NCBI GenBank assembly: GCA_035494115.1 | Contig: DATJHH010000009.1 | Coordinates: 188,470 to 252,469, forward strand | From: Xanthobacteraceae bacterium | Lineage (GTDB): Bacteria; Pseudomonadota; Alphaproteobacteria; Rhizobiales; Xanthobacteraceae | Length of the DNA stretch: 64,000 bases | Direction: 5' to 3' | Part shown: positions 38,355-48,192 of the stretch, piece by piece | How positions within the stretch are numbered: position 1 is the stretch's first letter | How the letters are laid out: each line of letters starts with the position of its first letter | Position numbers and translations under genes: made by a program | Notes under the pieces: generated by a model | Seen by the model: the letters and a program-made list of their open reading frames with translations, nothing else | The model's database searches: none | What the model was told of the DNA's origin: nothing

Positions 38355-38798
38355 TTAGTTCTGCGGCGTCAACGCCGGCGGCCCGGCCTTGTCGCCACTC
38401 AGGCTGTCTTTCTTCTTCGCATCCGTGGGGCCTTTCTCCTGGGCCCGTTCCTTTGCCGAATTGCGCTTCATCGTCCTCTTGTTGTCAGCCTTGCTCGAAA
38501 GCGCCGGCGGACCGGCTTTTTCGCCGCTCAGGCTGTCGGCCTTTTTCTTGTCGATGGCGCTCTTGTTCGCGCGCTTGGCGGCACGCTTTCTAGCGCGCTT
38601 CGAAGGCTTGGCCGCCTTACGATCCGCCTTGGCGGACAAAGCGGGCGGGCCGGCTTTGTCGCCGGTGAGATTATCCTGCTTTTGCGATGTCATCGGATCG
38701 GAGGATTGCGCCATAGCGGATTGGGTTATGGCGACGCCGGCAAAAGCCACGCCAAGCGCAAGAATGCCGACGTGTAATACTGTCAATTTCTTGGACAT
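38355..38798 (-). CDS. Secreted lysine-rich repeat protein, three D(N/S)L(T/S)G(D/E)KAGPPAL units
   Basis: ATG at 38798 follows GGAGG. Signal peptide ends AMAQS. Three near-identical motifs ~44 aa apart, mirrored by DNA repeats near 38365-38420, 38497-38555 and 38630-38690. Confidence 0.6.
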   Translation of the reverse strand: MSKKLTVLHVGILALGVAFAGVAITQSAMAQSSDPMTSQKQDNLTGDKAGPPALSAKADRKAAKPSKRARKRAAKRANKSAIDKKKADSLSGEKAGPPALSSKADNKRTMKRNSAKERAQEKGPTDAKKKDSLSGDKAGPPALTPQN

Positions 38799-39001
38799 TT
38801 TCCAGCCTCCAAATTTGTTTGGGTCTCTTTGAATGAGGCCGGCCGTCGATGTCGGCCGGCGACGAAAAATAATGCACCGCACTTTTTCGCTAAAGCAGGA
38901 CGGAGTAATGCGCCTAAGGGCTGGTGCTCACGCCAACCGCGCCGCCGCTGCTTTGTTCCGCAGAGACGATGAATCTGCAAACGGTTACGCTGATGTGATG
39001 G

Positions 39002-39598
39002 TCAAGCCGAAGGGTCAGTTCCGGTCGATTGATCCGGCCCTTGCCAAGGTCCAGTCATGCACAATGTTCGGTCGTGCACATTCTGCCGCGCGTCTTGAAT
39101 GCGGCGCGACGATGCGTCATCTGATCGGGACGGGGACTGGCCGGCGTGTCCAGCGCTCGCACGGCGGGAGGTTTTTGCCATGCCATGGCGCGTTTTTTCC
39201 CAGCGATAGCGGTCGAACAGGAACTGATAGACGGCGCGCCATCCCGCGAGCGAAAGCAGCAACCAGTGCAGGGGAATGAGAAAGATCACCCATGCGTGTC
39301 GGTTCAGGTGGCGCCGCCGCAGACCCCACAGCCACATCACCGCTGAGCCGCCGAAGCCGAAAACAATCGTCGTCATGGTCATGGCCGATTGCAGCCATGT
39401 GAGAAGGTCCGACGGCGGCCTGCCGACATACAATCTGTGCAGCGTGTCGGCGATGAACAGCGGATAGATCAGGGCCGAGAGCACGGACCCGGCGGTGAGC
39501 AATTGAAATGTCAAAAATCCGCCCGCGCCCATCTCGCGCAGCAGAGTCCGCGGCGCGCGCATATGCACGACCCAGGTCTGCATCCATCTGATTATCAA
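39002..39598 (-). pseudogene. 5'-truncated family-2 glycosyltransferase (only the C-terminal membrane domain remains)
   Basis: WMQTWVVHMRAPRTLLREMGAGGFLTFQLL...LIPLHWLLLSLAGWRAVYQ...YRWEKTRHGMAKTSRR matches the C-terminal third of long GT2 enzymes (from memory). The catalytic domain and Q-x-x-RW region are absent. The frame closes with a TGA at 39662-39664. Confidence 0.55.
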
Positions 39599-39763
39599 TT
39601 GATCGCAGGCGACCGCGGTCGTTCGCCTTCTAAGAATAGATATGGGGACGAAATTGGGCGCTCAATCGCGAACGGTCGCCCTCGGCCGCGTCGATCCGAG
39701 GCGGATGTTGCGATGACGTTGCGACAGTGATGAAGATTTGGCTCGCGCAGTTCGGAGGGTTCG

Positions 39764-41032
39764 ATGAAGGCAAAATCGGCGACACGTGAGCGTACAGCGC
39801 TGACGCACCGGCTTCTAGAAACGTTAAAGCCGGAAGCTTCGGCGTTCCGCATTCCGGATGCCCGTTGCGTGGGATTGGCGGTCCGAGTGGCGCCATCAGG
39901 TGTCCTTTCTTTCGATCTTGCCTATCGAATCGCCAAGTCAAAACGGTTCCGCCGTTTGTCACTTGGGAAATTTCCCGACGTTTCACTCGAGGCGGCGCGC
40001 AGTCGCGCGAACGACCTGACACGTGCCGCGCGTGCTGGTCGCGATCTTGTCTGTGAGGAAGAACAAGCACGAGCAGCGGCCGCAGCCCGAATCACCGTCG
40101 AGGAACTGGCGAACGAGTACATCGTCCGCCGCGTGCAGGGGCGCCTCCGCACTGCCCACGAGATCCAGGGGCGGCTCAAGCGCGCTCTAGCGAGCGTTCT
40201 TGGTCGGCCTGCCGACGAACTGCGCAGGCGTGATCTGCGGCGTCTCCTGGACGCCACAATGGATGCGGGGCACCCGCGGGAAGCCGAGCAACGGCGGGTA
40301 TGTCTGAATGGCCTTTTCAAGTGGGCGCTTCAGCAGGATCACATTGAGATCAATCCGATGGCCGGCCTGACAAGTTATGGGCGTTCGCCGCCGCGTCAAC
40401 GCGTACTGTCAATCCAAGAGATCAACGTTCTTTGGCAGTGGCTTGCCCAAGGAGAAATCCCCCCGGATGCCGCTGATGTCCTTCGCGTTCAGTTGGCGCT
40501 AGGCGCTCGTTGTTCCGAGGTGGGAGGGATGCGGGCAGAGGAATTCGACCGAGAAAGCTGGTTGTGGACGCTGCCCCCGGAGCGATCGAAAAACGGAAAG
40601 GCGCGCGTAACACCCATTGTTGGTCTGGCACGCGAAGTCATCAGCAGACGGATCCGTGATTTCGAACATGGTCCGCTATTCACCACAGACAGCGGCCGGC
40701 CATTGACGGCTATGCATCTGGTTCACTTTCTCATGAGCCACCGGCCACCAATTGCGAAGTTCGGTACTCATGATTTGCGGCGTACGGTCGTCTCGATCAT
40801 GGCCGAAGGGCTGGGTCTCCATCTGGAATTGATCGCGCGCGTCATCGGGCACACCGGTGGTGACGCATCGACGCGGGTGTTGATCGCGCATTATGTCCGT
40901 GCCGATTTCGTCGACCAGAAAACCAACGCGCTGTTGGCGTGGGACGATCGCCTGCGCGCAATCATCGCAGGCGACTATTCGCTCGGGGTCAATATTGTGG
41001 CATTGGCAGATGCCCGCCGAGCCTTAGGCTAA
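39764..41032 (+). CDS. Tyrosine recombinase, P4-type integrase with a DUF4102-like N-domain
   Basis: 422 aa. LTHRLLETLKP...GLAVRVAPSG..SF.L.YR N-domain, catalytic R (LALGARCSEV), HDLRRT and a C-terminal HY. Confidence 0.9.
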   Translation: MKAKSATRERTALTHRLLETLKPEASAFRIPDARCVGLAVRVAPSGVLSFDLAYRIAKSKRFRRLSLGKFPDVSLEAARSRANDLTRAARAGRDLVCEEEQARAAAAARITVEELANEYIVRRVQGRLRTAHEIQGRLKRALASVLGRPADELRRRDLRRLLDATMDAGHPREAEQRRVCLNGLFKWALQQDHIEINPMAGLTSYGRSPPRQRVLSIQEINVLWQWLAQGEIPPDAADVLRVQLALGARCSEVGGMRAEEFDRESWLWTLPPERSKNGKARVTPIVGLAREVISRRIRDFEHGPLFTTDSGRPLTAMHLVHFLMSHRPPIAKFGTHDLRRTVVSIMAEGLGLHLELIARVIGHTGGDASTRVLIAHYVRADFVDQKTNALLAWDDRLRAIIAGDYSLGVNIVALADARRALG

Positions 41033-41318
41033 TTAGATTCGATCGGTAGAGCCTGAGATTGAGAGCTTATCTTCCAACAAACTTGCAATGCGAGTGCGTT
41101 ACTTAGCGGCACGGCTAAAATTCCAAAACTTGAGCCCCGCATGCAGTTATGCATTCGCGAGCCATCGATCTGTTTTTGGAAAGCGTGTTTGGGAAAAACA
41201 CATTCAAAGCTGAGGCAACCGTGTTAGAAGTGCTTAGCGCGGATAGGACGGCCATCTGACAAGCCGATTGCACCATCGGTTTCCGCGCACTTTTAGGTGC
41301 GTCGAAGTGGTGCAGACG

Positions 41319-41888
41319 ATGTCAGAATTTGAAAAATCTGGTCGCAAGCGAAAAAAGTATCCTGCTGATTTGGAAAAACCGTCTTTTGACCCTTTTTTTG
41401 ACCATAACGGTTTCGGTATTTTGCACACTATCGCGAACCGCGGTGCTACGGCGCGGCAGGCGGAAGTTATGTTTCGCTTGCTCAAGCATTACAAAATCGA
41501 TCCTGAAGGAAGTGATTGTTGGCTGAATCTAGCGCTCGCTCTTGCGGTAAACCATGTTCCCGCAATGCAGACATTGCCGATTTCCCAGCCTCGCCCCGGA
41601 AGAAAGGCGAAATGGCCAGCGGGTCGATATCATGACCTGTTGAGAGATGTCGGAAATCTCCGCAAAAAGTTCGGAATCTCGGACATGGAGGCGCTACAAC
41701 GCCTTCACCATGATCCAACCAGCGGATGGAGCAAAGACACGATTGAGAGTTTGCCTACGCGATTGCGCGAGGCACGTCGCGCTCATAAATCGTCGGAAAA
41801 TGTGAGGATTTATGAAGAGGAAGAAATTGCTAAAAAGGGGGAGCCTTTTGGCCCCCTGAGGTCTACTCCATCGCTCGACGAAAAATAA
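41319..41888 (+). CDS. Hypothetical protein (island)
   Basis: 189 aa from the ATG at 41319, in a low-GC region. No family recognised. Confidence 0.45.
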   Translation: MSEFEKSGRKRKKYPADLEKPSFDPFFDHNGFGILHTIANRGATARQAEVMFRLLKHYKIDPEGSDCWLNLALALAVNHVPAMQTLPISQPRPGRKAKWPAGRYHDLLRDVGNLRKKFGISDMEALQRLHHDPTSGWSKDTIESLPTRLREARRAHKSSENVRIYEEEEIAKKGEPFGPLRSTPSLDEK

Positions 41889-42001
41889 ACAGGCCAATTT
41901 CGTCGCGACGAAAATTAAAACACGTATTTTTTCGTCGGCCAAGGCCTGTCACTCTTCCATCAACCGCCCAATTCACCGCGGTCATTTATGGAGGATGCCG
42001 G

Positions 42002-42196
42002 ATGTTCCAATCAGCCGATAATCTAACTCAAGCTCTTTCGATATCTGAAGCCTGTGCATTGGCCGGTATTGGCCGAACCAAGCTCTATCAAGCAATCAGT
42101 GAAGGTCAGCTGATTGCGCGAAAATTGGGGAAACGAACCCTCATATTGCGCCGCGATTTGGATCAATTCCTTTCTAGTCTTCCTAGCGCGACTTAA
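42002..42196 (+). CDS. AlpA/excisionase-type helix-turn-helix DNA-binding protein
   Basis: 64 aa. LSISEACALAGIGRTKLYQAISEGQLIARKLGKRTLI, typical of the MerR-like excisionase HTH. Confidence 0.7.
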   Translation: MFQSADNLTQALSISEACALAGIGRTKLYQAISEGQLIARKLGKRTLILRRDLDQFLSSLPSAT

Positions 42197-42343
42197 CACG
42201 CCAGAAGGCGGGAACGCTTGGCCTAATCCAAACTACGCCTTCAATCGGTCCGGATGCATCTATCCCCGTGTTCTCTTTTAGGTGCAGGTCGCTCGAAGGA
42301 GCGCGCCTAAGAGCACCTGCACGCTAATCTTTCGGAGACTTTC

Positions 42344-42910
42344 ATGCCACCAACACATAATGCCACCGGTCGAGCCAGAGAACGATCCGGTAACATCATG
42401 ATCGCTCCGCCTCAAAATACCACTCAAGTATATCGGCGAAACAAGATTGCTGGCCAGTTCGCCGCTCGTTTAATCGAGATGTTAGAATCGCCCGCATACC
42501 GGGTTATGAGCCTCTCGGCACACCGGCTGCTCGCTAGAGTTGAAATCGAAGCCGCACACCATGGTGGCCGTGACAATGGCCGTTTACCCGTGACTTATGA
42601 TGATTTCGTTCGATACGGCATCGAAAGACATTGCATCGCGCCTGCGATGCGCGAAGTCGTAGCACTCGGCTTTTTGCAAATCACCCATATCGGCCGTGCG
42701 GCGAATGCAGAATATCGCACGCCGAATAAGTTTCGACTCACATACCAGCCGACCGATGCGGCTGGTCCCACCGATGAATGGAAAAGAATCAAGGTCGTGA
42801 AAGAAGCTAAGCGTATTGCACTCGTAGCAAGAACACTCAGCCAAATTAACGCAAAGGCAATCGCGTCAAAAAAGATAAATTCCGGTGCGGAAAAATCCTC
42901 CTTTCAGTGA
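42344..42910 (+). CDS. Hypothetical island protein (conserved in alphaproteobacterial integrative elements, from memory)
   Basis: LESPAYRVMSLSAHRLLARVEIEAAHHGGRDNGRLPVTYDDFVRYGI..H.IAPA.REV.ALGF. Start could instead be the ATG at 42395. Confidence 0.5.
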   Translation: MPPTHNATGRARERSGNIMIAPPQNTTQVYRRNKIAGQFAARLIEMLESPAYRVMSLSAHRLLARVEIEAAHHGGRDNGRLPVTYDDFVRYGIERHCIAPAMREVVALGFLQITHIGRAANAEYRTPNKFRLTYQPTDAAGPTDEWKRIKVVKEAKRIALVARTLSQINAKAIASKKINSGAEKSSFQ

Positions 42911-43449
42911 GGGAATATTCGTCGAACATTGGAGGTCCGATGTGGGAATCCCCCACCACACCAAAGATGGAAAAATCCCCACTACTTTCTATAGTTTGGG
43001 GGATATAACGGAGTTTAGAGAATGCTCGACAGAAGTGCACGACATGACGACGTACTTGTCCTCGATACGGCGGCGGCACTGTCCGACAGTTGATGAACGC
43101 AAGGCCAGCACCCCCTCGCTTTCCCGCACAACCGCTAACATCCAAGACAATCGCGTGCGCGAGCGGCGCAGCTCTATGGACATCCCCGAGCATCGCCAGA
43201 TAGCGGCCTGCCTTCGCGCGGACACCTGCGGCTGAGCCTCGAAAGACGATCGGCGCCCCCGCGTAATCTGGGCGCTGGCGAGCAGAAAATTAGACGTCAT
43301 TTGTTGAAGCTTATTCTTCGAGGGGAATTGGTCCAGAAGGATTTCCCTCGTGCGCAGTTAAATCAGCTCATTTTCGAAATTACGCGCACAAGAATGCCAA
43401 ACTAGGTAAATATACGCACATTTTTGGAGGGCCATAGCGGTTCGGATCA

Positions 43450-44118
43450 ATGAATTTGCCAAATGATTTCGATAACGCAACAGGGCACGAATTAATGGCG
43501 AGGGTTTTCCATAGGCGCGAGCGCTGCGAGTCCTGTATCTCGATAGACGTGCGCTGCTGGCATCGCGAAGGCTTGCTTGGCCAACATTTTTTGTGTTCCT
43601 GGACATATAGAAAAAGGCCCTCAGGCAGTGTCCGCGTCCGTCCGGAGCGTGACGCAGTGGTGTTGACCTATCCATCGTTCAATTGGGATGGCAGTGAAGA
43701 GAGAGTCCTCGAACAACGTGTATCCGTTGTCCAAACGGACTGTCATTTCGGCGGCCAGCGAGCCTGGTTTGTCTGTCCTGGATTTCCCGTGGGCCGACCC
43801 TGCGGGCGGCGAGCGGCGCTGCTTTATTTTGGCCGGGGACAATTTGCCTGCCGCCTGTGCCTGAATTTGGCTTACGAGGGCCAGCAAAGAGCGCCGGAGA
43901 TTCGATATTTGAACCAAGCGCAAAAAATCAGAATGAAACTCGGGGGAAGCGCCAATATGCTTCAGCCTTTTCCCGACAAGCCTTCGGGAATGCATTGGGA
44001 TACGTATTTTCGTTTGCGCGAGCGATCCGAGGCCGCAGCGAACAACTCCTATGTCCTGACTATGCAATGGTTAGATCGGCGTGACCTTGGTCGAAATGTC
44101 CCGGATAATCTCAGATGA
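43450..44118 (+). CDS. Hypothetical Cys-rich (zinc-ribbon-like) protein
   Basis: 222 aa. CHFGGQRAWFVCPG....CGRRAALLY......ACRLC arrangement. Confidence 0.5.
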   Translation: MNLPNDFDNATGHELMARVFHRRERCESCISIDVRCWHREGLLGQHFLCSWTYRKRPSGSVRVRPERDAVVLTYPSFNWDGSEERVLEQRVSVVQTDCHFGGQRAWFVCPGFPVGRPCGRRAALLYFGRGQFACRLCLNLAYEGQQRAPEIRYLNQAQKIRMKLGGSANMLQPFPDKPSGMHWDTYFRLRERSEAAANNSYVLTMQWLDRRDLGRNVPDNLR

Positions 44119-44315
44119 CTGCCGACTGCCTGGGCGAGCACCGCTGGCATCATTTCGTCGCAGATCTTCAGGGATTGCCTCGATTTGCCCATCGAGGACA
44201 TGGCGCCGTTTGCGCAGGATGTTGCGATACCGTTGCTACGACGGAGCGTGCCGGCGCATTGATCTGGCTATTGCTTTCAAAAGGCGAGCGGATCGCGCTC
44301 CAACAAAAGGAGGTG

Positions 44316-45651
44316 CTAGCCTTTGAACCGTCCCTGCCTTGATGCGAAAGAAGGGTTCGTTTCTCATTGCACTCAGACAGCGTCCGCGTCCAAGAGGCAG
44401 GCGTGGCCGGCCATGAAATCCGGCCGGCGCGCCAGGACGAGGCCCTGTGGATCACATTCATCCGGCAATTCACACCGTTAAGCGGAGCTTCGTTCGGCGA
44501 TCGGGCCCGGCAAGCTCCGCGCCCCAATTCGTTGTATAGTTTCGATGTCACCCCCAGCATCATGGCGGGGACGATGTGCCACTGGTCAAGCCACTGCTCT
44601 GCACGCCAGTGCTGGGCGCTGTTCCTGTTGCAGTTTTAGAAAACACCCTTGATCCTTAGCATGGATGTCAAACGGGTTTTCCATCTCTGTAGAATGTCCA
44701 TCAAAGGGACAAATGACCGAGGAGAAAGTTATCATGAAGGCGATCGTGGTGACGGACCAGGCTGCGGGAACATCCGGGATGACGCTGGTGGAGCAGCCCG
44801 AGCCGCGGGCAGCAATAAATGACGTCGTCGTTCAGGTTCATGCGTCTGGGTTTGTCCCGACTGAGCTGACGTGGCCCTCGACCTGGACCGATCGCGTCGG
44901 TCGTGAACGGACGCCATCAATCCCCGGGCACGAGTTTGCCGGAGTGGTCACCGTCCTTGGCTATGGCACGACGGGGCTGTCCGTCGGACAGCGGGTGTTC
45001 GGCCTCACCGACTGGTATCGCAACGGTACCCTGGCGGAGTATGTATCCATCGATGCACGCAACCTAGCGCCGCTGCCGGGGGATGTCGACTTCACGGTGG
45101 GCGCGAGCCTGCCGATCTCGGGTCTCACCGCGTGGCAGGGGCTGCTCCAGCACGGCCGCCTTCAGGCAGGGCAAAGCGTCCTCGTGCACGGTGCGGCCGG
45201 CGCAGTCGGTTCGATGGTGACGCAGCTCGCACGCGAGTTCGGCGCTTACGTCATCGGCACCGGACGCGCCGCCGATTGTCAGACGGTGCTTGATTTCGGG
45301 GCTCAGGAGTTCGTCGATCTCGAGAACGACTCCCTGGAAGATGTTGGCGGAGTCGATCTGGTGTTCGATGCCATCGGCGGCGATATCCAGAAGCGCTCCG
45401 CAGGTCTGATCCGTGCCGGAGGAACACTGGTGTCCATCGTCGGGCCGGTGGAAGCGCGGCCCGCCGAAGGCTTGGCGGTCGATTTCGTTGTCGAGTCTGA
45501 TCGCACCCAACTGGATGAAATCGTCCAGCGAGTGCGGGACGGGCGACTACGGACAAACATCGGCAACCTCTCGACTCTCGATGACGCCGTCGCGGCCTTC
45601 AACCCGACCGTGCGACGCACCGGGAAGACCATCATCTGCGTTCGTCCGTGA
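44316..45651 (+). repeat. Direct repeat copy A (upstream block plus oxidoreductase gene)
   Basis: 44316-44439 aligns with 61209-61332. Homology resumes near 44659 / 61437 and runs through the CDS to the stop codon. Confidence 0.7.
44734..45651 (+). CDS. NADPH:quinone oxidoreductase-like medium-chain dehydrogenase/reductase
   Basis: ATG at 44734 follows GAGGAGAA. 305 aa. IPGHEFAGVV and VLVHGAAGAVGSMVTQLA Rossmann motif. Confidence 0.85.
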   Translation: MKAIVVTDQAAGTSGMTLVEQPEPRAAINDVVVQVHASGFVPTELTWPSTWTDRVGRERTPSIPGHEFAGVVTVLGYGTTGLSVGQRVFGLTDWYRNGTLAEYVSIDARNLAPLPGDVDFTVGASLPISGLTAWQGLLQHGRLQAGQSVLVHGAAGAVGSMVTQLAREFGAYVIGTGRAADCQTVLDFGAQEFVDLENDSLEDVGGVDLVFDAIGGDIQKRSAGLIRAGGTLVSIVGPVEARPAEGLAVDFVVESDRTQLDEIVQRVRDGRLRTNIGNLSTLDDAVAAFNPTVRRTGKTIICVRP

Positions 45652-46388
45652 AGGCTTCGAGACGGCGAGCGGTTCTGCCCTCATTCGGGCTTCCCATCCC
45701 CCCAACATTGGACGGCGGTCTGGCTTCTGCTTGTAGGAAAGAAGGGCATCCTTCTGGCACCTGACCAGTGATGACCGCGGGCCAGTGACCGCACCGGGCT
45801 CAATTGTTTCTTTCGTTGTCCTGCCGCCAACGACGGCAAGGGCCATCAGGGGAATGTCAGATCTCTGCGCGGTTGGATCCAAAAGCGGTCTGTCGGCAAT
45901 TGGCCCCGTGTTGGCCGTTGCGATGACTGCACAACAGCCACTTCTGGCGCAAAGCGGTCCTTGAGGACCGTTGCAAACCACAGGGAATGGGCGCTCGCGC
46001 TGGCAGCGGCCTTCATGCTGGCGGCCGGACTTGCGCAGACGGCGCGACGGGGGGCGCTGGGCTGGCGACCGGACGCCAGGGGATCGCTCATTCCCGTTCT
46101 TGACGTCGGCTACGATTTCGTGCCCTTCGGCTTTCTTATTCTCGCTGCCGCAGCGCAGTTTCCTCAGGTAGTCCCAATCATTGCCGGCATCATGCATGGA
46201 CTTTGAGAGCGATTGGCACGATGACGCTTGCTTGCGATCATAACCCGCGCCAGTTCGGACCATGCTGCTTTACGCAGCCGCTGCGCGGTCCGGGGTTTTC
46301 GATGTTCGCGGCTGGTTACGGCCCGTTGCTGGCGCGGCGACGGAAAGCCCCCAAATGAAGCGTGTGCTCTGAATTGAGGACAGGGGTT

Positions 46389-46754
46389 ATGGCGAAGCGA
46401 ATTTCTGCAAACGAAATCAGATTGAAACGTGTCTACCAAAAGCCTGCCGCCAGTGACGGGACGCGTGTTCTGGTGGATAGGCTTTGGCCCAGGGGAATGA
46501 AGAAGGAGAATGCCGCGATCGACCTTTGGTTCAAGGAGATCGCGCCCAGTACCGAATTGAGAAAGTGGTTTGGCCACGACCCGGATCGGTGGGCGGAGTT
46601 TCGACGGCGCTACATGATGGAGCTCCGCGAGCACCCAGAGCGGCTCGCCGAGCTCCGAAAGCTCGCTCGCAGTGGACCGCTCACCCTCGTTTATGCAGCT
46701 CATGACGAGCTGCATAACGACGCCGTTGTTGTTCGGAACGTGCTGACGAGGTAG
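46389..46754 (+). CDS. DUF488 (YeaO-like) protein
   Basis: IRLKRVYQKPAASDGTRVLVDRLWPRGMKKE.A.IDLW.KEIAPS.ELRKWFGHDP..W.EF..RY. Confidence 0.75.
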   Translation: MAKRISANEIRLKRVYQKPAASDGTRVLVDRLWPRGMKKENAAIDLWFKEIAPSTELRKWFGHDPDRWAEFRRRYMMELREHPERLAELRKLARSGPLTLVYAAHDELHNDAVVVRNVLTR

Positions 46755-47104
46755 CACACTGATACCCGCGCATCAATCTGCGAAATTTCGGCAGCACTCG
46801 ATAAGGGGGCCGGGCTCATCAGTGTTCAAATGGGTCGTGAGGAGGAAGGAGGAATCTTCCAGGCCAGTGATGGAATGCGGCGCGCCACCTTCCAGGTAGA
46901 CCCATTGGCCGGCGGATAGCTAGATTGCGGAGTCGTTTAATCCGAGCCGCACGCGGCCTCAAAACAGTGCAAGGAGATGGCGCCGGCGACCTGGCGGGGA
47001 GCGGTTTGCTCCTGCTGCACTTCGATGAAAAGACCGAAGCGTGGTGATCAATTGCCAATATCAGGCTGAGCTATTGGCACCCCGATAGACGATATTTCCA
47101 TCGA

Positions 47105-47428
47105 TTATCGCGCATTACTTCTACCGTGATAACCAAGTCCGTTGGCGGGGGATTTGTGGCCCATTTGATAGGGTGTCGCGACCATAGGACCTGCGACCGA
47201 ATATATCGAATTTGAGCGGGTGGGCTCGGTTGGCAAAGTAGCGGCCATCTGAGCTGCCGGCTTTTCTACAGGAACGGGAAGCTGACCGATCGTTGCGATG
47301 CACGCGTCAAAACTCGCGCACCGGCCTGTCACAAATGTTCCACTAACGCGCGCGCCGTACCATCCTTGGTCAATACCCAGTCGCTTGGCCTCAGCTTGTT
47401 CGATGAGCCGCGGGATCGGATTTTCCAT
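47105..47428 (-). CDS. Hypothetical protein
   Basis: 107-aa ORF. No family recognised. Confidence 0.35.
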   Translation of the reverse strand: MENPIPRLIEQAEAKRLGIDQGWYGARVSGTFVTGRCASFDACIATIGQLPVPVEKPAAQMAATLPTEPTRSNSIYSVAGPMVATPYQMGHKSPANGLGYHGRSNAR

Positions 47429-47624
47429 CTTATGAAGACCTATTTGCGTCCGTTAGATTTGGGCCCGGCCTGGGCGTGAAGGGTGCAGATGCTTCAGGTT
47501 TTGCAGCAGATTCGGCGGGATGAGGGTTTTACCCAGCAGGTTCGCGTTCGAGGGCTTTCGACGCGCGTACGGCTTCGACCACGGGATCTCGTTGCATCGA
47601 TGTCTGCTGTTCAACGAAACAACT

Positions 47625-47822
47625 TTAGATGATAGTCGGCTTTATTGGTGCCTGATGGACTTCGCGCATATCACCATGATGCACTCTTGCCACCTGACCG
47701 TTGTCCCAAGCAATCGTGACAGCATCCCAACTCGATTCAATCACGCTGCCATGGTCGGCAGTATCGCCTCGCCAATAGACATTACTTCCCTTCTTGAGGC
47801 CCTTGGATTCGGCGGCAGTCAT
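47625..47822 (-). CDS. Small hypothetical protein
   Basis: 65-aa ORF placed 10 bp downstream of the preceding small ORF on the same strand. Confidence 0.4.
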   Translation of the reverse strand: MTAAESKGLKKGSNVYWRGDTADHGSVIESSWDAVTIAWDNGQVARVHHGDMREVHQAPIKPTII

Positions 47823-47832
47823 CCAACCTTCC

Positions 47833-48021
47833 TCATTTTAGCTCCTCATCGTCTGGCAAAACCTTAACTTCGTCGATGCTGTCGGCTGCCTCCTCGTCGA
47901 GGCTTTCGACGGCCCGTTGCGCCGATTTTTCCTCCTTCTTTCGCTTTTTCTCCTCGTTCCGTGTCTGCGCCGCACGATTGCGATCAGCGCGTTGGAGACC
48001 ATAATTCGGCTTAAAGGCCAT
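47833..48021 (-). CDS. Small charged hypothetical protein
   Basis: 62 aa. MAFKPNYGLQRADRNRAAQTRNEEKKRKKEEK..., an N-terminus I recall from small conserved alphaproteobacterial proteins. Confidence 0.45.
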   Translation of the reverse strand: MAFKPNYGLQRADRNRAAQTRNEEKKRKKEEKSAQRAVESLDEEAADSIDEVKVLPDDEELK

Positions 48022-48192
48022 GGAGTTCCTTCCGGAATTGAATGCTTTGCATAATGGCGAACTGACGAGTCGCAGAGACGAAGATCGAACGAATATAAAC
48101 TATATCCTCTTGACGGCGCCTAGGAGCCAAAGAAAGTGCTTTTACTCCAAACGATACCACGGTTCCTTCCGTAGGTTCCGCCCAGCGAGCGG

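Noticed and set aside
44325-44358. 34-nt imperfect hairpin (minus strand gaaccc...ggttc) in the conserved upstream block, considered as a group II intron domain V
   Set aside because: It has no AGC catalytic triad and no GNRA tetraloop. No reverse-transcriptase/maturase ORF or 5' GUGYG boundary is in the right place.
45547-46263. 238-aa minus-strand ORF
   Set aside because: The translation is Arg/Gly/Pro/Ser-rich with no family resemblance. It overlaps the end of the oxidoreductase gene and is more likely non-coding or decayed sequence.
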